A stretch of 64,000 nucleotides of DNA, from the NCBI GenBank assembly GCA_963674705.1, contig OY771506.1:3936001-4000000 (forward strand), read 5' to 3'. A program made the translations under genes and the position numbers. Of this stretch, positions 55,626 through 64,000 are shown in pieces. This stretch comes from Phycisphaeraceae bacterium. Lineage in GTDB: Bacteria; Planctomycetota; Phycisphaerae; Phycisphaerales; Phycisphaeraceae. Within the stretch, counting starts at the first letter, position 1; each line of letters opens with the position of its first letter. The notes below the pieces were generated by a model that searched no databases, was not told the DNA's origin, and worked only from the letters and a program-made list of their open reading frames with translations.

Positions 55626-56600
55626 TCAGCTACCGCCGAGGCTTTGACGCCGATCGGCCGAACTTTCCGTGAAGATCGCTTCCAGACCCGCCTTGTAGTC
55701 TGTAAATGCAGGCGACCAGCCCGTCCGTTTTCTTGTTACTGCGTTATCCAGTGCCTTATTCGACGACCGCGCCAGCCGATCAGCGTTCACACCGAAGATC
55801 GTCGCCGCTGTATGATCGTCCACAACCTGGGGCACGGGCAGCTTCAACCGGTTCGCCAGGTACGTGTAATACGAAAGCCGGCCCACCGGATGCCCGTCAC
55901 ACCCAAGCTCGATACGCCCGGCCCCCGAACCATCCACCATCGCAAGCAACAGGTCTACCGCATCCTGAACATGCACGAGATTCAACATCGCTTCAGGATT
56001 ACCCAATAAAGGCGAACACTGACGTAGCGCCCGCATCCCGACGATCCGCCCCGGCCCATACAACCCCGCCAAACGCAATACGGAATACGCATCCCCGCCG
56101 TCAAGCCATAGCTTCTCGCCTTCAAGCATCAACTTCGCACGTTCGCCATTCGGCTCAGCCGGCGTATCCGCATCCACACGCTGCCCATCCGCCTGGCCAT
56201 ACACCGCTGAACTTGAAACCATCACCGATTTGCGAACGTTCGCTCGTTTCAGCGCCTTGATGACATGTGCCGTCCCGCACAACATGATCTGTTTTGTCGA
56301 AGGCTCATCGTTCAACCGCCCCGGCGGAACCATCAGGTACACATCCAACACCTCGGCCGACAGCGCGGGTGTCAGCGACGCATACGTCAACGGCTGCGTC
56401 AGCTCCAACAACAACGGCCTTACACCCATCCCCGCCAACAGCTTCGCATGTTTCTCGCTGCGCGTCGTCCCAAACACCGTCAGCCCGCGCGCGATCAACT
56501 GCTGCGCCAATCGCTTGCCGAAATACCCACAACCAACGATCAAAGCCGCATGAGCAGGGGAATCCGGGGGGTGCGGGTTGTCAGAAGCAGGGGGATTCAT
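55626..56600 (-). CDS. NAD-dependent epimerase/atypical SDR
   Basis: GCGYFG, SSSAVYG, LRLAGLYGPGR and NLVHVQD. Confidence 0.87.
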   Translation of the reverse strand: MNPPASDNPHPPDSPAHAALIVGCGYFGKRLAQQLIARGLTVFGTTRSEKHAKLLAGMGVRPLLLELTQPLTYASLTPALSAEVLDVYLMVPPGRLNDEPSTKQIMLCGTAHVIKALKRANVRKSVMVSSSAVYGQADGQRVDADTPAEPNGERAKLMLEGEKLWLDGGDAYSVLRLAGLYGPGRIVGMRALRQCSPLLGNPEAMLNLVHVQDAVDLLLAMVDGSGAGRIELGCDGHPVGRLSYYTYLANRLKLPVPQVVDDHTAATIFGVNADRLARSSNKALDNAVTRKRTGWSPAFTDYKAGLEAIFTESSADRRQSLGGS

Positions 56601-56656
56601 TACTCGATGATAGCAGGTGAACAGGATGCGTGAGGGCAGCGATTGGCCGATCCCTC

Positions 56657-56733
56657 TGTAAAGCCGCGACCATTGGTCGCGCTCTTCAAAGATAAATTAG
56701 CTACCGGGCGCGGCCAATGGTCGCGGCTATACA
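56657..56733. repeat. 77-bp REPIN-like element (copy 1)
   Basis: Inverted pair of CGCGACCAnTGGTCGCG palindromes with TGTA..TACA ends; a second copy lies at 61853-61929. Confidence 0.85.
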
Positions 56734-56764
56734 TTCTTTAAGAGAGGACGGGAGTAATGCCGTT

Positions 56765-57442
56765 TTAATTCAGCGCCAAACCTTGCTCGCTGACGGAGCA
56801 GCCGAAGCTTTGGGCGCGGTAGAAGGTCTTGCGTGTCTGTTCGAGATGCTTCTGGACCCACTCGGCTCGCTGGCAGGGACATGGCTCAGCCAGCATTGAA
56901 TAGCGTTGCTCGGTACAACGACACAATGAAAGGACCATCTGATCGATCAACGCCACCGTCGGTATCTCACTGCTGATCCAGTTACTCACCGCTTGTGCCT
57001 TGGACCACTGTTTTAACAGCGGATCGGCAAGAAGCTTCTCGATCTGTTCCCGGCAGGGTGCGAGTATGTCCTCGCCCGGCAGTTCTTTTTCCACCGGCCG
57101 GAGGATCGCTTCACGGTAGGAGGCGCCGAGGATCTCCTGTGAGATCTTTGCACGCGATACGCCTTGCAGCAGGATGTTGTATCGGCCGTCGGGCAGACGT
57201 TCGTGCTGGAGGATGTAGCCGATGCAGACGCACGGTCGGATCGGCGGGTTGCCTTCATATTCCTGACGCCAGCGTTCACCCTTGAACGTCGCCATCGCGA
57301 TCAGCCCGTTACTGTCAAGCGCCCGGCTGACCATCTTGCGGTAACGATCTTCAAAAATATGCAGCGGCGTCAGCGTGTTCGGCAGAAGCACACACGCGTT
57401 CAGCGGGAACAGGGGGATCGGGATGTTATAGTCGATGTGCAC
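56765..57442 (-). CDS. Stand-alone Lon substrate-binding (LON N) domain protein
   Basis: IPLFPL..VLLP...PLHIFE.RY..M and DGRYNILLQG..R; GTG start. Confidence 0.88.
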   Translation of the reverse strand: MHIDYNIPIPLFPLNACVLLPNTLTPLHIFEDRYRKMVSRALDSNGLIAMATFKGERWRQEYEGNPPIRPCVCIGYILQHERLPDGRYNILLQGVSRAKISQEILGASYREAILRPVEKELPGEDILAPCREQIEKLLADPLLKQWSKAQAVSNWISSEIPTVALIDQMVLSLCRCTEQRYSMLAEPCPCQRAEWVQKHLEQTRKTFYRAQSFGCSVSEQGLALN

Positions 57443-57466
57443 GGCTGTAGCTCCCGAAGTGGCCCA

Positions 57467-58444
57467 TCATTCGGTGGGCAGTCGGTCCTTCTTGTTGACG
57501 TTTGTATTCCGCATCGCTCGCAGTTGTGGCTGCGGGTGATCGATCCGTACGGTATGCCCTGGCTGGACGCTGTGCGTTAAGAACGCGCCGCCGTTAACAA
57601 CGCAACCCTCGCCGATCACGGTCTCGCCGCCGAGGATTGTCGCGTTGGGATAGATGGTAACGTTGTCTTCGATCGTGGGATGACGCTTCATCCCGCGCCA
57701 CGCCTGCCCGCCTTTGGTCGATAGCGCGCCGAGTGTCACGCCCTGATATATCTTCACATGGCGACCGATCGTGGTTGTTTCCCCGATGACAACACCCGTG
57801 CCGTGATCGATGAAAAATGCATCACCAATGACCGCGCCGGGGTGGATATCGATACCGGTTTCGCTGTGCGCAACTTCCGTCATGATGCGCGGGATCAGTG
57901 GGACATCAAGCTTGAATAGTACGTGTGCCGCCCGCTGGATAAAGATCGCGTCGATGCCTGGGTAGCTGAAGATCGCTTCGTCGGTCGACTTCGCCGCCGG
58001 GTCGCCATCGAACGCCGCTTCCACATCAAGCGCCAGCCTGCGTCGAAGCTCGGGAATGGTCTTGAGGAACGTCGAGGTGATCTCGTGAGCCTTGCACTTG
58101 CAGTTCTCGTCCGCCGGCGCTGCCGTGCCCGCACCGATGTTGCTCTTGTAGCACAGCGACTGCAGTACCTGCTCGTACAACACGACCTGCACCTTGCTCA
58201 GCAGTTCACCGATATGCCAGCGAGCGTTATCGGGCGTTACCGGCTGTTCATCGAAAAAGCCCGGGAACACGATTTTCCGCAATAGCTCGATGAATTCGAT
58301 AACCCGCGCCCGCTTGGGCAGGAACGCCTGATTGATATGCTGAAGATGGTCCTCGGAGCTGTAACTGCCCACGAGCTGATCGACCAGGCCTTCAATCAGG
58401 CCGGGGCGGTCTTTTTTTTCAGGTTGATGCGGGTCCTCACTCAT
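57467..58444 (-). CDS. cysE: Serine O-acetyltransferase (long EpsC/CysE type)
   Basis: GDPAA, SYPG, GIDIHPGA, FFIDHGTGVVIGET, YQGVTLGA and KRHPT. Confidence 0.93.
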   Translation of the reverse strand: MSEDPHQPEKKDRPGLIEGLVDQLVGSYSSEDHLQHINQAFLPKRARVIEFIELLRKIVFPGFFDEQPVTPDNARWHIGELLSKVQVVLYEQVLQSLCYKSNIGAGTAAPADENCKCKAHEITSTFLKTIPELRRRLALDVEAAFDGDPAAKSTDEAIFSYPGIDAIFIQRAAHVLFKLDVPLIPRIMTEVAHSETGIDIHPGAVIGDAFFIDHGTGVVIGETTTIGRHVKIYQGVTLGALSTKGGQAWRGMKRHPTIEDNVTIYPNATILGGETVIGEGCVVNGGAFLTHSVQPGHTVRIDHPQPQLRAMRNTNVNKKDRLPTE

Positions 58445-58494
58445 GCTTAGACACTATAGCGCGTGGTTAGGCTCGATGCCTGTTTTATAATAAT

Positions 58495-58526
58495 AAAAAA
58501 ACGGCCCGTCCGAGCTGACAGGCCGT
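58495..58526 (-). terminator. Intrinsic terminator of 6S RNA
   Basis: Minus strand ACGGCCTGTC-AGCTCG-GACGGGCCGT followed by a U-run. Confidence 0.85.
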
Positions 58527-58534
58527 GTCAAAAG

Positions 58535-58750
58535 CGTTTCCACGCTCAAGCTTGATCCCAAGCGGTGCGGAACTTGCTCGAACCCCAATTGCAGGTGGGT
58601 GCGTTCCCAAGTCGTCCCGGCCTTCCACTCTTTGGAGGCTTGGCCTTCGCGCTCGATCAACGCTCCCTTGGGGTTCTTAAAGGTTCGAGCAAATCTGCCA
58701 CACCGTACCGTTTTCGGTTGCCCAGGGCTTGATCCGTGTCTTCACTTTCC
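58535..58750 (-). ncRNA. ssrS: 6S RNA (ends approximate)
   Basis: Long self-complementary rod (TTGCTCGAACC/GGTTCGAGCAA, CGGTGTGG/CCGCACCG, CAAGC/GCTTG) around a central bubble; CACCCACCTG...GGGTTC signature; own TATAAT (58763-58758) and terminator. Confidence 0.8.
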
Positions 58751-58841
58751 AGCCCCAATTATACGACACGAACCGGCCCGGTCCAGAAACATTTTGAAGT
58801 TGGGTAAGATTGTGGAAATCCACCGAAAAGGCGAACCTTGT

Positions 58842-59876
58842 TCACCTTGCGCCGCTTACCGGAGGCGGGATCCGCAGCTCCATCCCCGCCTTGATCGCGT
58901 TGGGATTCTTGCCGATTAAATCGCGGTTAAAATTATAAATCTTCCGCCACTGCGTCGGGTCGCCCTTGTAATACACCTCTGAAATACTTGACAGACTGTC
59001 ACCAGCCTTGACGACATGAATCCTCACACCCTCCGGCAGCGGTATCACTTCCTGCTCACTTTTAATGGCAACCGCCATCGCAGGGATCCGAAGTTCCTGA
59101 CCTACTTGTAAGCTGAGTGGTTCAACAAAATTCTCCTCACCGATCACATGCCACTTCGACTCATCGCCGTAGAACTTCTTGGCGATCGAACTGAGCGTAT
59201 CACCGGGTTGGATGATATACGTCCCGCCGGGATAACCGCTCGCAGTAGTCGGCTTCGTATCAATTGCTGTGACAGCCGTCGTCAACGAAGTATTCGCGCC
59301 GCTGGTCGTTGTTGGCCCAGGCGTGCCCGATGTCGTCGTGGAAGAACCGCCCCCCAGTATCGCTTCTAACTCCGCGCGGCTGACCGTCGGCGTTTTCTTG
59401 GGTTCTTCCGTAACCACCGGCTTGCCTGCATCGGCATCCGTCCGGTTCAGCGCGATCGCCTCGGGTGTATTGGCTTTGGCGGTCTCATCAACGGGCTTTT
59501 CAGCTTCTGCCGTCGTGGCTTCGGTATCAACCGGTTTACCTGCCGCGTTCTCAGACGCCGCCTTTTCCGCGGCCGCCTGCTGTTGATACTTCCGGATATC
59601 CGCAGCCAGACTGCTGGTCGGTGTAGAGGCGCCGCCGCCAACCGGCTTCTCAGCATTGGCCGTCGTCTTGCTACCGGCTTGCGTCGTGCCGCCATCCTCA
59701 GCCTCCGATGATTCACTCACCAAAGACTTACGCTGGTTCTGGTCGGTTTGTGTTGAGTTATCCGCGGTATCTGTCGTTTCATCCCCGGACCCACCGGAAC
59801 CGCTTATCAGCAGTACCGCCACCAAGAACAGGGCAGCAGAAACGATCAGTGCGATTTTGTAAGACAGCTTCATCAT
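58842..59876 (-). CDS. Membrane-anchored protein with two C-terminal LysM domains
   Basis: AGGAGG RBS; N-terminal TM; T/A/E/S-rich linker; YIIQPGDTLSSIAKKFYG and HVVKAGDSLSSISEVYY. Confidence 0.9.
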   Translation of the reverse strand: MMKLSYKIALIVSAALFLVAVLLISGSGGSGDETTDTADNSTQTDQNQRKSLVSESSEAEDGGTTQAGSKTTANAEKPVGGGASTPTSSLAADIRKYQQQAAAEKAASENAAGKPVDTEATTAEAEKPVDETAKANTPEAIALNRTDADAGKPVVTEEPKKTPTVSRAELEAILGGGSSTTTSGTPGPTTTSGANTSLTTAVTAIDTKPTTASGYPGGTYIIQPGDTLSSIAKKFYGDESKWHVIGEENFVEPLSLQVGQELRIPAMAVAIKSEQEVIPLPEGVRIHVVKAGDSLSSISEVYYKGDPTQWRKIYNFNRDLIGKNPNAIKAGMELRIPPPVSGAR

Positions 59877-60010
59877 CAGCCTCCTTGCAACGGCGACATT
59901 GTAACAACCGACCCGGCCCGTGTAAGCATCCCGTTTATCTCCATGTATAACTGCACCCGGGCAAACCCTCATTTGGCCGACGATCCCCACCGAGCGTAGA
60001 CTACTGCCCC

Positions 60011-60790
60011 ATGCCCGAAATATCCGTCATTATCTGCTGTGCCAACGCCGAGGACACCCTTGGCCCCGCCTGCGAATCCGCCAAGTGGGCCGACGAGTTG
60101 ATCGTCGTGGATTCCGGCTCACAGGACCGCACACCGCAAATCGCCCAGAAGCACGCCGACCGCTACGTCGTCGAGCCTTGGCGGGGCTACATGGGCCAGA
60201 AAAAGTTCGCCTCCGAGCTTGCCCGTAACGACTGGGTCTTCGTTCTGGACGGCGACGAGGAGATTTCCCCCGCGCTTGCCAAGGAAGTCGCCTCTTTGAC
60301 CCCTCAGCAACTGGATAGCCACGATGTCTTCCTGCTTCGGCGTCGAAATTACCTGATGGGCCGGTTCGTCCGTGCCTGGTGCCCCGACTGGCAATCCCGC
60401 CTGATCCACCAGAAACGCTGCTCCTGGCCCGATGAAGTCCTCCACGAGGCCCGCCAGGCGTCCTCACCCGACCGCTGCGGCAGGCTCAAGGGCCATATCG
60501 AGCACAAACGTGTCAGCGACGCCGGGTTCAGCGACTACTTCTCGGGCGAGCGTATGGATGAACGCCTGCTGATGGTCGCCCAGCAGATGCACGACCGCGG
60601 CAAACGGGCCACCGGCCTGGACCTGCTCCTCCGTCCATGGTTTGCCTTCTTCAAGTTCTACTTTCTCAAGAAGGGCTTCCTCGATGGCGCGTTCGGCCTG
60701 CTGATTGCTCAGAAAGCAGCCGTCAGCACCCAGCTCAAATACGCCGCCCTCTGGTATATCCAGCACAACAAAAGCCAAGACCCGAAGTAG
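60011..60790 (+). CDS. Glycosyltransferase family 2 (WaaE/KdtX-like)
   Basis: VVDSGSQD, WVFVLDGDE, LHE and GFLDG..G. Confidence 0.9.
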   Translation: MPEISVIICCANAEDTLGPACESAKWADELIVVDSGSQDRTPQIAQKHADRYVVEPWRGYMGQKKFASELARNDWVFVLDGDEEISPALAKEVASLTPQQLDSHDVFLLRRRNYLMGRFVRAWCPDWQSRLIHQKRCSWPDEVLHEARQASSPDRCGRLKGHIEHKRVSDAGFSDYFSGERMDERLLMVAQQMHDRGKRATGLDLLLRPWFAFFKFYFLKKGFLDGAFGLLIAQKAAVSTQLKYAALWYIQHNKSQDPK

Positions 60791-60927
60791 CCGATATTTA
60801 TTCACCCATACCGATGTGTACCAACCCCGAATTACTGATAAGATAGGACATATGGGCGCTGGGGACGCGCTCAGGGACAGGGCTGTCATGTAGTGCCACT
60901 TCCTGTCTGGCGGATGGCTGTAAATGT

Positions 60928-60956
60928 TTGACACCCAAGGACGAAGCAGATAACTT
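60928..60956 (+). promoter_or_regulatory. Putative sigma70 promoter of the STAS/anti-sigma pair
   Basis: TTGACA-N17-TAACTT, upstream of an AGGAG RBS. Confidence 0.55.
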
Positions 60957-60989
60957 CGACCCCTTGACCCGACGATTAGGAGACGGTTG

Positions 60990-61349
60990 ATGACCACCAA
61001 GGATTCACGCCTGGTTGTGAGTGAGGAGAACGAGATCACCAAGATCCGATTCCTCGACCGCAACATCCTTGAGGAAGCAAATATCCAGCAGATCGGTGAC
61101 GAGATCCGCCAACTGATCGAGGCTTCGGACAACCCCAAACTGTTGATCGACTTCGACCAGGTCGAGCACCTGTCTTCCGCTGCGCTGGGCACCCTGATCA
61201 CCATCAATAATCAGGTACGAAACAAGAGCGGACAGCTGAGGCTGTGCAACATCGATCCTCAGATTTATGAGGTCTTTGTCATCACCAAGCTCAATAAGCT
61301 GTTCCAGATCCACGAGGACGCTCCCAAGGCGTTGGCGAGCTTTAAGTAA
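60990..61349 (+). CDS. STAS-domain anti-anti-sigma factor
   Basis: LLIDFDQVEHLSSAALG.L, LRLCN and EVF.ITKL. Confidence 0.9.
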   Translation: MTTKDSRLVVSEENEITKIRFLDRNILEEANIQQIGDEIRQLIEASDNPKLLIDFDQVEHLSSAALGTLITINNQVRNKSGQLRLCNIDPQIYEVFVITKLNKLFQIHEDAPKALASFK

Positions 61350-61425
61350 AACTGCTCCACCGGCCCGCCCCGCGCAGCCTCGCTGGGTAGTGGCGCGGCG
61401 GTTCGCTTTGGCAGGGGCCTGACCA

Positions 61426-61842
61426 ATGCCCAAGATGGTGATCCCTAGCAAGCTGACAGAGCTGCCCAAGGTTCAGGAAACCATCATCCGGGCAGTTCAA
61501 GACAAAGGCTTCGGCAAGGACGAAGTCTTCGCCATCCGTCTCGCCCTCGACGAGGCCATCTCAAACGCCATCCACCACGGCAACAAGAACGATCCCGCCA
61601 AAAACGTCACCATCAAATACGCCTGCACCAACAAGAAAATCACGATAGACGTTACCGACGAAGGTGACGGGTTCAACCCCAAATCCCTTCCCGACCCGAC
61701 CAGCGAAGAAAACCTCACCACACCTCACGGCCGCGGCGTCATGCTCATCGAAGCCTACATGACCGACGTCCACTACAACGCCAAGGGCAACCACCTGACC
61801 ATGTCAAAACAAAAAGGCTGCAAACTCCCCAACCGGGACTAA
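61426..61842 (+). CDS. Anti-sigma factor / Ser kinase (RsbW/SpoIIAB-like)
   Basis: LALDEAISNAIHHGN, DEGDGF and GRGVMLI. Confidence 0.9.
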   Translation: MPKMVIPSKLTELPKVQETIIRAVQDKGFGKDEVFAIRLALDEAISNAIHHGNKNDPAKNVTIKYACTNKKITIDVTDEGDGFNPKSLPDPTSEENLTTPHGRGVMLIEAYMTDVHYNAKGNHLTMSKQKGCKLPNRD

Positions 61843-61852
61843 GCAGCCCTTT

Positions 61853-61929
61853 TGTAAAACCGCGACCATCGGTCGCGCTCTTCAAAAGTAAATGAACACT
61901 CCGGCGCGACCAATGGTCGCGGCTATACA
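61853..61929. repeat. 77-bp REPIN-like element (copy 2)
   Basis: Same length and arm sequences as 56657-56733, including the TCTTCAAA spacer start. Confidence 0.85.
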
Positions 61930-61931
61930 CA

Positions 61932-62090
61932 GATTAATTACGCGCACTTGCCCGAATCTGTAATAGCTGCGTTGCGACGCAACACAGACCTCTTATCCCC
62001 TCTCCACCCGGGAGAGGGCCAGGGTGAGGGCCGGATTGATTACGCGAAATTAAACCAGCTCTTTATCAGCTGCGTTGCGACGCAACGCAG
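61932..62090. repeat. Two direct copies of a palindrome-bearing unit flanking a REP-like element (copy 2 at 61997-62034)
   Basis: GATT(A/G)ATTACGCG...AGCTGCGTTGCGACGCAAC(A/G)CAG at 61932-61987 and 62034-62090. Confidence 0.75.
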
Positions 62091-62124
62091 GCAGTCAACT
62101 GCACCCGCCAAGAGTCCACCCCAA

Positions 62125-63138
62125 TCACTTCACCTCAAACGTATCTCCCGAATTCAACAACTGCTCAAGCGTCCCTTCCCCGCGCTGCTTCCGCGCATCA
62201 GTCACCTGCTGCGTCAGCAAATCTTCATAGCAGGCATCCTTCACGCAGTAGTACACGCCCATCGGCTCGGGGAATTCCGGGTGCTCCATTCGGCTTAGCA
62301 TGAACGCCAGCTTCTCATCTTCCTCATCATGGAAGATCAGGTCGTCTTCCTGGTAGGCCTTGCCCAGTTCAACGATCTCCAGCTTATGGTCTCCGGTCAT
62401 GCGGATGCCTTTGTTCATCTCCTTGCCGAACACCAACGGCTTGCCGTGCTCTAACCTGATGATGTTATCTTCCTTGACCGCCTTATCCGTCGCATGCTTG
62501 AACGCGAAGTGGTTGAACACGTTGCAGTCCTGGTAGATCTCGACCAGCGCCGAACCACGATGCTGCGACGCCCGCTCCAATACCTCACCAAGGTTCTTAT
62601 CAACGTCAACGCAACGCGCTACAAAGCTCGCCTCCGCCGCCAGCGCGACAGATAACGGCGTCAACGGTAGATCGATCGAACCCATCGGCGTCGACGGGCT
62701 CTTCTTACCCGTCTCACTCGTCGGCGAGTACTGACCCTTGGTCAACCCGTAAATCCGGTTGTTAAATAACAGGATTTTCACGTTAACGTTTCGCCGCAGG
62801 ATGTGCATCAGGTGATTGCCGCCGATGCTCAGCCCGTCGCCGTCGCCGGTGATGACCCACACGTTCAGGTCCGGGTTCGCGATCTTGATCCCCGTCGCAA
62901 ACGCCGGGGCACGCCCGTGGATCGAGTGCATCCCGTACGTGCTCATGTAGTAGGGGAACCGGCTCGAACAACCGATCCCCGCAACAAAGACGGTCTTCTC
63001 ACGCTCAGCCCCCATCTTCGCAAGCACACGCTTCACCTGGTTGATGATCGCGTAATCCCCGCAACCCGGACACCAGCGGATGTCCTGGTCGGAGGCAAAA
63101 TCTTTCGGGCTCAGCACGGGTAACGGATTGGCGCTCAT
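62125..63138 (-). CDS. 2-oxoacid:ferredoxin oxidoreductase subunit beta
   Basis: WCPGCGD, GIGCSSR, HGRA, GDGDGLSIGGNH and NNRIYGLTKGQYSPT. Confidence 0.95.
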   Translation of the reverse strand: MSANPLPVLSPKDFASDQDIRWCPGCGDYAIINQVKRVLAKMGAEREKTVFVAGIGCSSRFPYYMSTYGMHSIHGRAPAFATGIKIANPDLNVWVITGDGDGLSIGGNHLMHILRRNVNVKILLFNNRIYGLTKGQYSPTSETGKKSPSTPMGSIDLPLTPLSVALAAEASFVARCVDVDKNLGEVLERASQHRGSALVEIYQDCNVFNHFAFKHATDKAVKEDNIIRLEHGKPLVFGKEMNKGIRMTGDHKLEIVELGKAYQEDDLIFHDEEDEKLAFMLSRMEHPEFPEPMGVYYCVKDACYEDLLTQQVTDARKQRGEGTLEQLLNSGDTFEVK

Positions 63139-63163
63139 CGCCTATTCTCCACGTAAATGATTC

Positions 63164-64000
63164 TCAGGCGTTGATTCCGCCATCGATTTTTGAAAAGTCG
63201 TATTCCTGATCCTCCAGCCGCACAACACCGTGGTGCGGTCGCAGGTATTCACGGTCGCCGTACTTATCCGCGAGCATCAGGTCGATCGCCTCCTCGATTT
63301 CTTCAACCAGGAAAGGCCGGCCTTGCATCTTGTTCAGACCGCGAGCGTCCACCAGATACTTGCCTCGGATCACCGTCCGCAACTGCCCCATGTTCAGTTC
63401 GGGTACAAGTACGCGCTTGTATTGCTTGAGCAGCTTGCCGAGGTTCTTCGGCATCGGATTCAGGTAACGCAGATGCGCTCCGGTCACCTTCTTGCCCGCT
63501 TCGCATGCACGGGTCACCGCGGTGAGGATCGAGCCATACGTCCCGCCCCAGCCGAGCACCAACAGTTCATCTCCGCCGTTGCCGTAGGTCTCTTGCTCAG
63601 GCAGGTCGTCCGCAATCTTTTCAACCTTCTGCTTACGAGCTTCGATCATCAACTGGTGATTGTCCGGTTCGTAACAGACGTTGCCTGTGATGTTCTGCTT
63701 CTCAAGCCCGCCGATACGGTGTTCCAACCCGGGTGTACCGGGTAAAGCCCACGGCCGTACCAGATTCTCATCACGGTCATACGCGTGGAACGTCTCAGGA
63801 TCAGACGGATGCTTGATCTCGATCTTCTCAAATGAACTGGCATCCGGGATCTTCCAGGGCTCAGAACCGTTACCGAGATAACCATCTGTCAACAGGATCA
63901 CCGGCACGCGCCGCTGCATCGCGATCCGACAAGCCTCAATCGCAGCATAGAAGCAATCGCCCGGTGACTTGGCGGCTAACACCACCGCGGGGCACTCACC
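63164..64000 (-). CDS. 2-oxoacid:ferredoxin oxidoreductase subunit alpha (5'-truncated by window edge)
   Basis: Frame open to the window end; PVILLTDGYL, HRIGGLE, GWGGTYG and PELNMGQL; directly upstream of the beta subunit. Confidence 0.93.
   Translation of the reverse strand, partial: GECPAVVLAAKSPGDCFYAAIEACRIAMQRRVPVILLTDGYLGNGSEPWKIPDASSFEKIEIKHPSDPETFHAYDRDENLVRPWALPGTPGLEHRIGGLEKQNITGNVCYEPDNHQLMIEARKQKVEKIADDLPEQETYGNGGDELLVLGWGGTYGSILTAVTRACEAGKKVTGAHLRYLNPMPKNLGKLLKQYKRVLVPELNMGQLRTVIRGKYLVDARGLNKMQGRPFLVEEIEEAIDLMLADKYGDREYLRPHHGVVRLEDQEYDFSKIDGGINA

Overview
A 64 kb, GC-rich bacterial chromosomal segment. It is most plausibly from Planctomycetota (Phycisphaerae-like); this is inferred from the PEP-CTERM proteins with dockerin-like Ca-binding repeats, the CxxC(G/K)YxLxG...CPECG membrane proteins, the sulfatases and a non-catalytic GH10-like protein. 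Housekeeping content: nuoD-E-F, mrp, rbgA, family-4 UDG, fliD-fliS, trpS, trpF, pcrA, cysE, 6S RNA, an anti-sigma/anti-anti-sigma pair and 2-oxoacid:ferredoxin oxidoreductase subunits. Accessory content: an ArsR-led sulfane-sulfur operon, a sigma54 module (PAS-bEBP between two near-identical -24/-12 promoters, driving an M20 hydrolase, an acetate kinase and an apparently dead acetate-kinase paralog), glycan and sulfate enzymes, three PEP-CTERM proteins and a decayed sulfatase pseudogene. The most unusual signals are: (1) an 84-nt tRNA-Cys(GCA) with a class II, Tyr-like body and a long variable arm; (2) next to it, three translationally coupled variable membrane proteins joined by a conserved 29-bp zinc-ribbon/stop/start junction; (3) the AckA plus pseudo-AckA sigma54 operon; (4) REP/REPIN-like repeat families. 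I saw no CRISPR array, rRNA, integrase or transposase. All calls come from motif recognition by eye; no searches were run.
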